DNA of 64,000 bases from Macrostomum hystrix (GCA_950097015.1 CATNEN010000001.1:14694001-14758000); one strand, 5' to 3'. Shown: positions 1 through 12,137, counted from the stretch's first letter. Notes: a model not told the origin generated them from the letters alone. Made by a program: numbers and translations.

Positions 1-1568
1 CGATGTGGATGTATAGTGTACGTTTTAAGTAAGGAAGGGAGCACCCAGGACAGAGCACCTTTTCGTCACAAGGCTTTGGAGGCAGACTCGCCAAAGTAAA
101 CCGCTTAATCTGCTCCTTCAGGGATTGTATGGAATTGCCTTTCAGCAAATCCGGGTGGCTTTCGTGGATATGCTGTGTGAAGCGAGAGTTTCTTATACCA
201 TGTGTCGGCACTTCACCTTCTTCACCCTTTTTATGAAAAGGACAGAGGTCGTCTTACCAGCAGAATTTTTTACTGCAGAATCAAATGAACTTAGCGACTG
301 TTCACCTGGGCTAACTTAAGACATACCAGGATTGGCTTGAGTCGCAGCAGGATAAGCTTGAGGCGCAGCAGGATTGACTTGGGACGCACCGGGATTGGCT
401 CGACACGAACCTGAGTTAAGTTCTGAAAATCTTTGATTGACTACTTCCGACATAATTTCCTCAATTTTGCAAGGCACGACGCAAAACTGACAATCGCCAA
501 GAACAGGATTCTGGTGCGCGTTAGTCGTAGACGGAACATCCAACGAAGACATAAATGAAGACGGCAAACCATTGTATGAGGTCAAACCACAATTGTCCGT
601 CTCACTCACAATTGGTGTTGTAGGTCGCGGTCGCCTATATTCTTCAGCAAACATTTCGTCAACAAGAGATTGCGTATCGTGGCAGGTCTAGTTCGAAAAT
701 TTCTAAGTCAGCAGCTTCAAATTGACTCTCGACAGTAACCTCAAGACACTGTTCGCTTGACACAGCTGCTTCAGGAGGCTGCTCACTCAATACAGCTGCT
801 TCAGGAGGCTGCTCACTCGGTACAGCCGTTTCAGGAGGCTGCTCACTCGGTACATCTGCTTCAGGAGACTGCTCACTCGACAAAGCTGCTTCAGGAGGCT
901 GCTCACTCGGTACAGCTGCTTCAGGAGACTGCTCACTCGACAAAGCTGCTTCAGGAGGCTGCTCACTCGGTACAGCTGCTTCAGGAGACTGCTCACTAGA
1001 CAAAGCTGCTACAGGAGGCTGCTCGCTCGGCACAGCTGCTTCAGGAGACTGCTCACTCGGTACAGCTGCTTCAGGAGACTGCTCACTAGACAAAGCTGCT
1101 ACAGGAGGCTGCTCGCTCGACACAGCTGCTTCAGGAGGCTGCTCACTAGGTACAGCTGCTTCAGGAGACTGCTCACTCGACAAAGCTGCTACAGGAGGCT
1201 GCTCGCTCGGCACAGCTGCTTCAGGAATGCAATTTCTGTTGAAATAGAACTATTTCTATTTAAACTAGATATTTAAACAAAAGATCTATTTTGCATTAAA
1301 CAAATATACTCATTTACAGATCATACAAAAGTTTATCAGTACTAATCACTTTCATTGGAACTTACCGAGGAACAATTTTTCTAGTCCAAATTTTTCCCAT
1401 TTCTTCAAATTGCACCTTGCCGCCTCCTTTAATGCTGCCAACCAAATGCTCACACGTAACATAGTGCCTTTTTCCTTCTGAATGGTCGTCCCACTCAACA
1501 AGGACCTGCCTCGGACCCTTGGAGGTTCGCAAAAAATTTTCTTTTGTAGACTTCTCCTTCTTGGGCAT
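1..1568 (-). pseudogene. Degenerate spliced gene with a 10-aa acidic/proline repeat and a C2H2-like motif, running off the left edge
   Basis: Exon 1568-1366 (MPKKEK...KIVP) ends at a GTAAGT donor. A ttcaacAG acceptor at 1236/1235 joins it in frame (R-NCIPEAAVPSEQPP) to ORF 659-1213. A frameshift leads into ORF 316-654, followed by further stops. Another frame near the edge reads CPGCSLPYLKRTLYIH. Confidence 0.45.
760..1226. repeat. 30-bp minisatellite (acagctgcttcaggaggctgctcactcggt), about 15 units
   Basis: Directly visible tandem array that encodes PSEQPPEAAV-like decapeptides on the minus strand. Confidence 0.95.
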
Positions 1569-2469
1569 GCTCTTCTAGCTGCAACAAAATTTGGCTACTA
1601 ATATATTAACCTTAGCCAAGAACAGCTGAGTTTAAATTTATCTTATCTCAAATGGAGTCAATAGAATAAAGTCTTATATCTGGTAAAAGTAGAATCGGTT
1701 TTATCAAGTTATGACATAAAACTATATACCATGTACCAATTTTATATAGGTTTTAAAATAAAGTTATAGGGTTATATAGGTTTAGACAAATTTATATTAT
1801 AATATTTAGAAGCTTTTGTCTTGCTATAACTAAAAGAATAATAATGTCCCACAATTTGTCTAATTCTACCCTGAATTTGCTTAATCAATTAGCAAATATT
1901 GAGGGTCTATCTATATATATAAAAGTGAAAACTCTGTCTGTCTGTCTGTCTGTGTGTGTGCAACCTTTTGTCTTTATAGACGCCGAAACCGCTCAACCAA
2001 ATCGCACCAAACTTTGCACATACCTAAAACCACCTACGCTGAGTGCAATAGGCTACTCAAATTCCCGAAAAATCATTTCCTTCCTGCTCAAAAGTGCAAA
2101 AAACTGCTCAAAAATCGTCAAAAAATCACTCAATTCGACATATCGTCGCCCCACTTTGTCAGATTTTCTCCAAATTCGATCCACTTACACTTTACATGTT
2201 TTCCAACAATGCTGTCAATTTTGAACATCTCTACTCAATCCAGAGCAAAGCTGCATCATCTCAAAGTGAGTCACTTTTTGTTTTCCGAGGACAGCCACCC
2301 CAACTCCCCTCCGCCACTCTGCGGGCCAAATTTTATTACAGCCACCCCCTCCCTTCCCCGGGCGCCGAAGCCCCAGACTGTACATTGTATTTCAAGCCGT
2401 GAATGTATACAGCCCAAACCCCTAGACTGTCTACTGGCCCCCAAGCAGCACTGAGACTGAGTGCGGTGA

Positions 2470-3357
2470 GTGCGGTGGCGTCCCAGTGCGCAGGGCTCTC
2501 CGGTCGATATTTCTCTCCAGCCAGCCTGGGATAGAAGAAAGAGAGAGGCCGCTCAAAGGCCACAGGACACTACTCTTACTGCTTTCTTTAAGTTGTGCGC
2601 TGAAGACCCCTTTGCCAGGACTTTGCTGTACCACCAGGTGCCTGCCTATTACACATGGAACGCCTCTTCGAAAGGATGGAAGCGGCGGGTTCAAGGCGCT
2701 GCAGTTCCGGGCCATCCTGAAATACGACAGACTGATGCATTAGCCAGAGTGTACACGGTGCACCCAAACCACCGTGAATGCTACTACCTGCGTATATTGC
2801 TACACACCGTGATTGGTCCGACGTCATTTAGACACATTAGAACGGTGGAAGGCCATACCTGCCAAACTTTTCATGAAGCATGTCAGCGACTGGGACTGCT
2901 GGAAGATGATGCTCAATGGAGAGCGACATTGGAGGAAGCGGCAACGGTGCGCTCACCAAGTCACCTGCGAGATCTCTTTGCCATCATGGTTGCCACCTGT
3001 GGTCTCTCTGATCCACTTCAGCTTTGGGAAACATTCAAAGAACCCATGGCCGAAGACATTCTCTTCCGGGCGCGATTCGTGACTCAGGAGCCAGAGTTGC
3101 CATTCACAGAAGCAGTGTTTAACGAGGCCCTGCTGCGCATTGAGGACAAGGTGCTGGAGTTGACCGATCGCTATCTAGATTCTTTTGGACTCCCAAAAGC
3201 AAACAGGACAGGACAACAGGACAACCTGTGCAGGGAGATGCTGCGAGAAAGAGGCTATGACCAGGAGCAGCTGGGACAGTTCATAGAGGAGAATGAGCCC
3301 CGACTCATGCCTGAGCAGCTAGAGGCGTACCGCGAGCTATTGCGCAGAGCCAGTCGC
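2470..3357 (+). pseudogene. Helitron Rep/helicase (Pif1-like) fragment, the linker between the Rep and helicase domains
   Basis: TTLTAFFKLC...LLYHQVPAYYTW...WKRR...RVYTVHP...ECYYLRILLHTVIGPTSF...TFHEACQRLGLLEDD is the typical RepHel linker. Homology stops before helicase motif I. Confidence 0.9.
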
Positions 3358-3539
3358 AGCACTGGCGCCCCTTTTCGGCCGCTGGCGCCCTTTTTTCAGC
3401 CGCTGGCTCCCGTTTTTCAGCCGCTGGCGCCCTTTCTTGGCTCCTGGCGCCCTTTTTCGGCCGCTGGCACCCCCTCTGTGATTCTCATGGCGCTCCCCTG
3501 ACAGACCGCCCCAAAACAAAATTCCTGGATCTGCCACTG
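3358..3539 (-). mobile_element. Fragment of a small DNA transposon/MITE that truncates the Helitron ORF
   Basis: The minus strand starts CAGTGGCAGATCCAGG, a common TIR-element terminus, and carries internal 21-bp subrepeats (gccgctggcgccctttt). Confidence 0.5.
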
Positions 3540-4357
3540 ACTGTATAGACGAGTGGCTAAGAGACATGTTTCTAAAGAAGTAATCAAGAGGGGGCTGTTT
3601 GGACAAACTTTTCACTTATTTTTTACTTAAAACGCCCTTAAACAAACTCTTCACTTTTCATTAATGCAGTAAATAAATAAATGGTGATCTTCACTATAAA
3701 GTTAATACAGAGACGTGAATTGCTTACTGCTTTGCTTTAAATTTCTGCCCCAAAAACAACGGGCAAAAAAAGCTAGTTATTATATAAAATTTAAAGCAAA
3801 CTAAAAATTAGGCTTGGACATTTTACACAAATGAGTTAGAGCTTAAAAGCTTAGAGCTCAGAGCTTATTTTAACGAATAGCTAGGCTTAGGCCCTATCAA
3901 AGTTCTAAGACTAAGTAAAAATAGCTACTGTAAGGTTGTTTCTATAAGCTAAGTAGAAAGCCAAGATCTAAGTAAAAAAATAGCTAGAATAAAGAACATA
4001 GTAAGAAAATAATACACATTTTAACATTTTAAGAAAATGAACCCGGTGGGACATTTACTATACGCCCCTCTGTACGCCCCACTATGCGCCCTCCCACCAG
4101 TCACCGGTGGGGGGGCGTACGGTTTGGCCAAGCGCCCCGCTGGTGGGGGAGCAGGGTAAATTAAATTCGGGGCATATCCTCAAAGTCTACTGTTAGTAGG
4201 CTGTGCTGTATTTTTTGAGCGCAGTATTTGATCGACCGGCTCGAGCCGCCGGTGGGGGAGCAGAGTAAATAAAATTCGGCGCAATTTCCTTACAGTCTAC
4301 TGTTAGTAGGCTGTGCTGTATTTTTTGAGTGCCGTAAAAAGCCTATCAGCAGATCCG

Positions 4358-4496
4358 CTCCTGCCCAGCAGGTCCGCTTCTGCCCAGCAGCTCCGCTCCT
4401 GCCCAGCAGCTCCGCTCCTGCCCAGCAGCTCCGCTCCTGCCCAGCAGCTCCGCTCCTGCCCCAGCAGTTCCGCTCCTGCCCAGCAGCTCCGCTCGC
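4358..4496. repeat. 19-bp minisatellite (gcccagcagctccgctcct)
   Basis: About 7 tandem units are visible. A roughly 90-bp duplication precedes it (4140-4227 / 4250-4332). Confidence 0.9.
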
Positions 4497-4920
4497 CACA
4501 CTGCCCCCTCCCTCCTGACCATGCACTTTTCATACGTATGTTTCATTTTGTTGTATGCATGCCGTAAATATAAAGCGGCAGTCACTATAAATAAATAAAA
4601 TTGAACATGCTCATTTAAATTTTCTATTCGTCACCGCTATAAATGGTTTACAAATACATCTCTTCTAGTTTCATTTACTTGACGCATTGACGCAGCTAAA
4701 TCAAATACTTGACACATTGACACAGCTAAAGGTACAGATTTATTATCAATTTCAAAGCGAATATGCATATGAAACATGTTATAAAGCGCATTCAGAAAGT
4801 GAAAAGCCATGATTGAAAAGAAGAGTAACGGAAGTACAGACTTCATTTATATTGCAATGTTTTAGACTTTGAGTGTCATCATGCAAAGACAGTACGTTAT
4901 ACGTTTTTAAGTAAATACAA

Positions 4921-5699
4921 TGAGAGATAGAGAGTTATAGAGAGAGATGGAGAGAGATGGAGAGATTTAGAGAGAGATGGAGAGAGATGGTGAGATATAG
5001 AGAGAGATGGAGAGATTTACAGAGAGATGGAGAGAGATGGTGAGATATAGAGAGAGATGGTGAGATATAGAGAGAGATGGTGAGATATAGAGAGAGATGG
5101 TGAGATATAGAGAGGGATGGTGAGATATAGAGAGGGATGGAGAGAGATGGAGAGATTTAGAGAGAGTTGGAGAGATATAGAGAGAGATGAGATATGATAT
5201 ATAGAGAGAGGTGAGATATAGAGAGAGATGGAGAGATTTAGAGAGAGATGGAGAGATTTAGAGAGATAGAGAGATGGTGAGATATAGAGAGGGATGGAGA
5301 GATTTAGAGAGAGATGGAGAGGGATGGAGAGATGGAGAAATATAGAGAGAGATGAGATATAGAGAGAGGTGAGGTATAGAGAGATGAAGAGATTTAGAGA
5401 GGGATGGAGAGATATAGAGAGAGATGAAGAGATTTAGAGAGATGGAGAGAGATGGTGAGATATAGAGATGGATGGAGAGGGATGGAGAGATTTAGAGAGA
5501 GTTGGGGAGAGATGAAGACATTTAGAGAGAGGTGGAGAGATTTAGAGAGAGATGGAGAGATTTGCAGAGAGATGGAGAGAGATGGTGAGATATAGAGAGA
5601 GATGGTGAGATATAGAGAGAGATGAGATATGATATATAGAGAGAGGTGAGATAAAGAGAGAGATGGTGAGATATAAAGAGATGGTGGAGAGAGAGAGTT
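4921..5699. repeat. GA-rich degenerate micro/minisatellite
   Basis: agagagatgg/tgagatatag decamers, flanked by a roughly 60-bp direct repeat (4861-4920, 5699-5758). Confidence 0.95.
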
Positions 5700-5885
5700 T
5701 TAGACTTAGAGTGTCATCATGCAAAGACAGTACGGTATACGTTTTTAAGTAAATACAAGAGAGGTCGTGAGGTACGACTAGTTGTATGTGCCAGGTTTAC
5801 TGTAAAATTTACATATGTACATATGTTTAATGTACATAAACATGTACATCAATGCAGAGAATAGAGATCGAGTGAGATAGAATCC

Positions 5886-6060
5886 AGATGTATATGGAAT
5901 GAGGTACATTAGATTTGAGATTGTAAACGAGATGAAGCAAAGATATGAGATATGAGATGTATATGGATTGAGGTACATTAGATTTGAGATTGTAAACGAG
6001 ATGAAGCAAAGATATGAGATATGAGATGTACATGGATTGAGGTACATTAGATTTGGGATT
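5886..6060. repeat. About 69-bp tandem repeat, 2.5 copies
   Basis: agatgtatatggattgaggtacattagatttgagattgtaaacgagatgaagcaaagatatgagatatg is repeated. Confidence 0.85.
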
Positions 6061-6119
6061 TGGGAATCTTTAGTATTTAACAACAATTAGCTATCAAAAC
6101 TTAACATTGCCCAACCTCA

Positions 6120-6425
6120 GACAGGAATTTTTGGCTGTGGGAGTTTCTGTACCACTTACTCGAAACTCCGTCTGTCGCTGACCTGTCGCCACCATGCTTG
6201 CGCTGGGAGAACAAGCTGGAGGGCGTTTTCTAAATTCTAAACCCAACCGGCCTAGCAGAGGCCTGGGGCAGTCACAAGCGGCGGGACATGAGCTTTGAAA
6301 CGATGAAGCGAGCGCTGAGGCATTACTACGAGGACAAGCTTATCACCAAGACCCACCCAAGAGACAAGCACTTTTACTAATTTCACTTCGACCACGAGAA
6401 AGTAAAACTTTTTTTAGAAAAATGA
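6120..6425 (+). pseudogene. ETS-domain transcription factor pseudogene (absent from the ORF track)
   Basis: The frame from 6120 reads DRNFWLWEFLYHLLE...CLRWENKLEGVF*ILNPTGLAEAWGSHKRRDMSFETMKRALRHYYEDKLITKTHPRDKHFY*FHF. This matches ETS LWEFL..LL, W.....GVF, A..WG..K, M.YE.M.RALR.YY. In-frame TAA stops lie at 6231 and 6378. Confidence 0.9.
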
Positions 6426-6692
6426 CAGACAAAATGACACCCAAATCAGAAATCCCATAGTTTAATTAATACCTCAGAAATCCCTACGTTGCCCTAGAAA
6501 TCACATGATCCAGACAAATAGACAATGACTCAGAATTACATCACGGATTGTCTGATTGTCAGTTGCGCTACTTCACTCATGTAAACAAGTAAGAGATCTG
6601 AAATGTCCAGCTAGCGGTGTACTGCAGTATTAAATATGAATTGGGTTTTGTTTTTCTTGCTTTTTTATTTTAAGTGTAACACTACCTGTGCT

Positions 6693-6926
6693 AGAATAAA
6701 TACACCTGTGTTGACAGTCATTTTTTAATTCACACGCTCGTTGCGAGGAGTTTTTTTGAAAACTAGCTAATTGTTGAGAGGTCCTCGAAGAAAATAATCT
6801 ACCTTGTTTGCTTATGAGGTTTGTTTTTAGATAAGGCACATTTGAGGGAATCTAGGCTGAACATGACATCTAAAACCACAGATAGGAATTCTAGAACAGA
6901 ATTCATTTCACGAGTGAAGCGGGGAT
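6693..6926 (+). repeat. Diverged duplicate of the HES upstream region (11439-11656)
   Basis: cacctgtgttgacagtcattttttaattcacacgct...ctaattgttgagaggtcct...ttcatttcacgagtgaagcggggat is shared by both copies. Confidence 0.9.
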
Positions 6927-7596
6927 GCACATTACCCAACAATACCCTAGAAATCACATGATCCAGACAATGACTCAGAAATACAGTACGGATTGTCCGA
7001 TTCTCAGTTGCGTTACTTCACTCATGAAAACTATTTTTTCTGACGGATATGTTTTGTTCTGTTTTCTCGTGTTTTCTCATATTCCCCATGCATGACTTAT
7101 CATCTGTAATTAAACCTTGATTTTGAAGACATGTAATTAAGACAGACTGGTTCCTATAAAAGTATGAGATAACTACAAGTACTTATAAATGCTATATAAA
7201 TGCTACTTATAAATACTATAAATAAACTAATTGTTGCTGCACATTATTTCATAAACTACAACAAACAAAACAAAAAGATTATTCAACCTTGTTGCGAGCG
7301 CAGCCGTGGAACTCCATTGACATGACATGAGTCCGTGAAGGTCGCTGATCGTTATCTAACCTGCTAAACTCGGCCAGATACAGCTCGCCGGGATGCTGGG
7401 CCAACTGCTACTCGACGCTGAGTAGCTGATTGAATTAGAATAGACACTAATATCAATGTCATCCGCAGCTTCCGTTTCTTGACACGCCTGACCGTGTACC
7501 AGGCGTCAGGTGTTCATGGAGAACGTCTGGAAAAAATATGGAATGTTTCAAAACCAATTTACATATTTATCTTTGTCTATAACGATTGCCTGTAAT

Positions 7597-7877
7597 CAGA
7601 TGGGAAGCATGCTAATCTTTTAAGTGAGCTAGCTTAAGGGTCGGAGAGTAAATGTTAGTAGCAGCTTAGTATAAATGTTAGTTGAAATGAAAAAATGAAC
7701 TTTTGCTACGAATTGTAGCAAACTCTTAGCTACAGGGACACAGAGGTCAGATGGTAAGCATGCGAATCTTTTAAGTGTTAGCCAGCTTAAGGGTCAGAGT
7801 GTAACTGTTAGTAGCAGCATAGTATAAATGTTAGTAGAAATGAAAAAAATGTACTTTTGCTACGAATTGTAGCAAAG
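7597..7877. repeat. About 150-bp tandem duplication
   Basis: tcagatgg.aagcatgc.aatcttttaagtg...ttttgctacgaattgtagcaaa occurs twice. Confidence 0.85.
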
Positions 7878-9759
7878 CAGGCAAGCAAAGCAAGTGAGCA
7901 AGTGCAGGAATACGAAGCAAAGAGTGCTCGATAAATATGTTGGTTATCATGCTAAGCTAAAGCTAAGAAGCTAAACATTTAGGCTGTGCATCAAGCTAAT
8001 AAATAAATATGAGTGAAATAAAGGAAGACAACAAGCAAAGATGTATTCAAAAATATTCAAAATATTCCTATCGAACTCCTGAAATCCTGAAATCCTATCG
8101 AAATCCTGAATTCTGAAATGACGTCGTGGGAGGTTTCAAGGTGTATTAGCAGCTCGTTATTGGACAGTATGAAGATGGAGTGAGGGGTTATCTTCGTACG
8201 CAGTTGCTATCTGCTTCTTTAAATTTGCAGATAAACTTGCTATAAGGCTTGGAGGATGGCTCATGCAATTTTCTGGTTAAACATGAACACGACAAGACAC
8301 GACATATAACATTATGGCTACAATCATATCAAATGTGAGTACATTTGCTTTACGTTGTAATATTGCATTAGCATTTTAGTGTGACAATCGCATTTTGATA
8401 AATGGTGCTATAATGGCTAAAAGTAAATATTGTTTTACCAGAGTCAATGAAAACTTACACCTGCAAACTAGTATAATTTTACTACTATAGCGCTTATTTA
8501 AAGAATTAGCGATTAAGAATTAAGAATTAAGGAATAAAGGTATCACATATAGGTAGCTTAGACAAACCTCATCTATTTCTTCTGAGAGGGAGGGCACCGG
8601 GGCCTCGGCGGCGTGAACTTGGTGGCAGCCCCGGCCCCTCCCTTCTCCTTCCACCACTGGACCTTACCTGCGTGGTCCACTGTGGTGGGCCGCAGCTGCC
8701 AAGGGCTAGTCGGCTGCGGCTGCTGCTGTGGCTGCTGCTGTGGCTGCTGCTGTGGCTGCTGCTGCTTATCCATAATAGGTGTGAACTAATCTGCTGTAAC
8801 TCGGAATAAAATAAGAGCTATTACTCTGAAATCTCCGAATTCTCTGAAAATTGTAAAGTAAATAAGTAAAAGTAAAGGTAAAGCAAAAGTAGAAGTGAAT
8901 AAGAGTAAAATAAGTGTATCAAAGAGTGTTTAAAATGTTCAAATGGATTTAAGGTAGTTAAAGGATGGTAAAAGTGTATAGCTTGGTTTCACTAGCTAGA
9001 GAAGCCTAGCTTTTAGCTCAATGCTCCTGAGCTGCAGCTCATTGCTCATGGATGATGTCAGAGGCATTTCAGCTGAAAGCTTGAAATAAAAGTGAAATGT
9101 GGCTACAAATATTTGAAGAGTCTGAAAGGAATTAAGGATTCAAGAAAGTCAAAGCAGTTAAAAGGATGGTAAAAACTTAGCAAACTGCAGTGAGGTGTAG
9201 TACATCTTAACTGGTCCTTATCACACAAGCTGGAATGGTGGCTTTGCTTGCTATCTTCAGGCTGGCATCTGAGAACTTGTAAGGCTTGGCTAATCATTTG
9301 TTGTAAAGTGTTTGCTAGATACCCAACCCAAAATTGTTGGTTAGCTCCTGCAAAGCAATAACAATTGATCCCAGTGTACACTAGAGTTATTTGGTCTGGT
9401 ACAGTTATATAACTTTGCTATGAAATTTCCTTATAATGACTATATATTTATCAACTTTATTTTACCAGGTCTTTATCACACTGGCTCACTAGCTGGAATT
9501 GTGGCATCTGGCTGTCTTCACTCTCATGGCATAGCTAAGGGCATATGAGAACTAATCACATATGATTAAAGGCTATGGTAAGTGCTTGAGTACATAATCA
9601 TTTTTAGTGTTAGCCCAACGCAGCCCAAGATACCCAACACACAATTGCTGGTTGCTTGAGCTCTTAGTTTTGATAATGCATGCACAGTAGTTTGCCTTGA
9701 GCTATTGGTTTTGATACTGCATGAGCAGTAGTTTGCCTTGAAACTGCTGTTTATGAAAT

Positions 9760-10056
9760 TCTCTCCTCTCCTCTCCCCCTCCTCTTCTCCTCTCCTCTCC
9801 TCCTCTTTTCCTCTCCTCTCCTCTCCTCTCCCCCTCCTCTTCTCCTCTCCTCTCCCCCTCCTCTCCCCCTCTCCTCTCCTTTCCTCTGCTCTGCTCTCCT
9901 CTCCTCTTCTCTGCTCTCTTCTCTCCTCTCCTCTCCTCTGCTCTGCTCTTCTCTCCTCTCCCCCTCTCCCCTCCTTTCCTTTACTCTTCTCTGCTCTTCT
10001 TTCCTCTCTTCTTTCCTCTCCTCTTCTCTCCTCTCCTTTTTTCTCCTCTTCTCTTT
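9760..10056. repeat. CT-rich microsatellite lying between two copies of a roughly 235-bp direct repeat (9373-9617, 10085-10316)
   Basis: (ctctc)n tract. agtgtacactagagttatttggtctggtacagtt...gttagcccaac is present on both sides. Confidence 0.9.
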
Positions 10057-11438
10057 TTGTTTCTACAAGGAATATATGTGATCCTAGTGTACACTAGAGT
10101 TATTTGGTCTGGTACAGTTTTGCTATGAAATTTCCTCTATTTATTTATCAACTTTATTTTACCAGGTCTTTATCACACTGGCTCACTAGCTGGAATTGTG
10201 GTATTTGGTTGTCTTCACTCTCATGGCATAGCTAAGTGCATATGAGAACTAATCACAAATGATTAAAGGCTATGGTAAGTGCTTGAGTACATAATCATTT
10301 TTATTGTTAGCCCAACACTGTACATTTATGCTCAAGCCCCGTACATAGTTAATACCAGCCCTGTGTAATTCCCTCAATTGTGGTCCTATTTAACCTATGA
10401 GCAACATTCCTCTTTCATCTCTTATCAGCATTCTGCCCCTTCTTGCCTAGCTATAGATCTAAATATAAACAGCAAACCAACTGTCTCACACCTCTCACCT
10501 AACAGGACAAGGAGAGCCTATCTAACAGGACAAGGAGTCCCAAGAATCTGAGTCTGGTGTTGAAGCTGAATGGCCAACAATCAACAACAGCCTGCTGAGT
10601 GCCAACCAAAAAGATATGATTGACTAACTGTGAATAAACTAATCTTGTTCTGAATGCCTTTATGAATATTGATTAAACTGAGGCCCTCTTTTTATCCCTA
10701 GTTGACATTTCAAAATTTGCTATTAAAGATAAACACAGAACTTGAGCTGCTATAAGAGACTTAAAGGTAAAATAGTAAAAAATGTGCCTTCTGTAAAAAC
10801 TGTAGCCACAGTGCATAAATAATTAAAAACACACACAAACTTCATAAGAACACACTTTGCTGCTATATTCATATAACATATACTCTAAATACAAATGCCA
10901 ACTCAAATAATTATGAGATGGCTGAAATTCCTAGCAATTATAAATGCTTGAAACAATAATTTACTTTGCAAAATAACTTTTCCTATGTTTCGTGAAGAAA
11001 TAGCAGGAAAAAATCTCAATTTAATTAATTTCAGTGTCAAGTTTGTTGATCGGTTTGAAATTCACACGTGAATTACCTATCAGTTTAACGGAGAAGTGAA
11101 AGTAAAAACGAAGGTTTGCAGTGCATTGCAGCTTAAAAAGTTATTTGCTCGAGCCAAAATAAACGTAATTCTCAAATTCTATGTCTGAAATATGTTTCTG
11201 ATTTTCTAACTATTGCTGTGTGACTGGCTTTTTGAAGGGCAAAAACACTTTTTGACTGGCTGTTGTTAAGCCAAAGTGGCGTCAAGACTGACAATGCCGT
11301 AGCAAATTAGCGCTGTACACTGTGAAAGTTCTAACTACAACTATGTAATGCTGGTGCAATTACAGTTAATTGTCACATTCTCAATCGCAATCTCAAAGGG
11401 AACAACGTCTCAGAGAACTTTAAGCCCGTCAGAACTTC

Positions 11439-11705
11439 AGAATAAAGCCGCCTGTCCACCTGTGTTGACAGTCATTTTTTAATTCACACGCTTGCTGAAA
11501 CGAGCGTTTTTGTGAACTCTAATTGTTGAGAGGTCCTGAAAGAATTGGTGATATTTCTTGTTTATTTATGAGGTTTGTTTTTAGAGATAAGGCACATTTT
11601 GGAGAATCTAGGCGGAACATGACAGCTAAAACTTCATTTCACGAGTGAAGCGGGGATAGAGGAAACAGGAAGCCGGGGGTTGGCGGTGGGGGTGTACTTA
11701 TAAAC
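11439..11705 (+). promoter_or_regulatory. Putative HES proximal promoter
   Basis: E-box CACCTG at 11457, CSL/Su(H)-type TTCACACG at 11483 (also 11061), N-box CACGAG at 11640, GGAA motifs at 11660-11672, and TTATAAA at 11698-11704, about 80 bp upstream of the ATG. These motifs fit Notch-responsive, autoregulated HES promoters, but short motifs can occur by chance. Confidence 0.5.
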
Positions 11706-11783
11706 TCGGGCGGCGGCCGGTCGATGGCAAAATTTCGAGCTCCGAATTAAAAAAACAGACGAACCACACGCCCAGAAGAGTTG

Positions 11784-12137
11784 ATGGAGCATAGGAGAAT
11801 CAGCAAGCAGGTGATGGAGCGGCAGCGCAGAGCCAGAATTAATGCCAGCTTCGAAAAACTCATACAGCTGCTGAAGGCCAACAAGGTGATAAAACCGTAC
11901 CGGCTTCAGCGTCTAGAGAAGGCCGAAATCCTGGAGCTGACTGTCGAGCTGCTGCTGAATGGCTCAGCCAAGACTCAATCTGCGGCCATAAGCTTCTGCT
12001 GCAAGTCTTCGGCCTCATCAACGGTGTCGGCTTTGTCTACTGACGAAGAATCTAGCCAGTCGATGGACCAGCATCAGCAGCAGCAGCAGCAGCATCAGCA
12101 TCAGGATAAAGCCCAGCCTTTGTGGCGTCCTTGGTAA
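11784..12137 (+). CDS. HES: Hairy/Enhancer-of-split (HES) bHLH repressor with C-terminal WRPW, intronless, 117 aa
   Basis: RRISKQVMERQRRARINASFEKLIQLL...RLEKAEILELTV bHLH, a poly-Q tract, and terminal PLWRPW* (Groucho/TLE-binding motif). Confidence 0.93.
   Translation: MEHRRISKQVMERQRRARINASFEKLIQLLKANKVIKPYRLQRLEKAEILELTVELLLNGSAKTQSAAISFCCKSSASSTVSALSTDEESSQSMDQHQQQQQQHQHQDKAQPLWRPW

Larger units (their letters stand above)
1910..3776 (+). mobile_element. Internally deleted Helitron with both termini, inserted at an A^T site
   Basis: The 5' end a|TCTATATATATAAAAG is followed by (TCTG)n/(TG)n. The 3' end is a TGCCC-caaaaacaac-GGGCA hairpin (3746-3765) followed by CTAG|t (3773-3776). An internal RepHel fragment is present. 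Confidence 0.85.

Noticed and set aside
7280-8773. Two-exon minus-strand gene starting MDKQQQPQQQP (donor near 8668, acceptor near 7527)
   Set aside because: The splice signals are plausible, but there is no recognisable domain or clearly supported frame.
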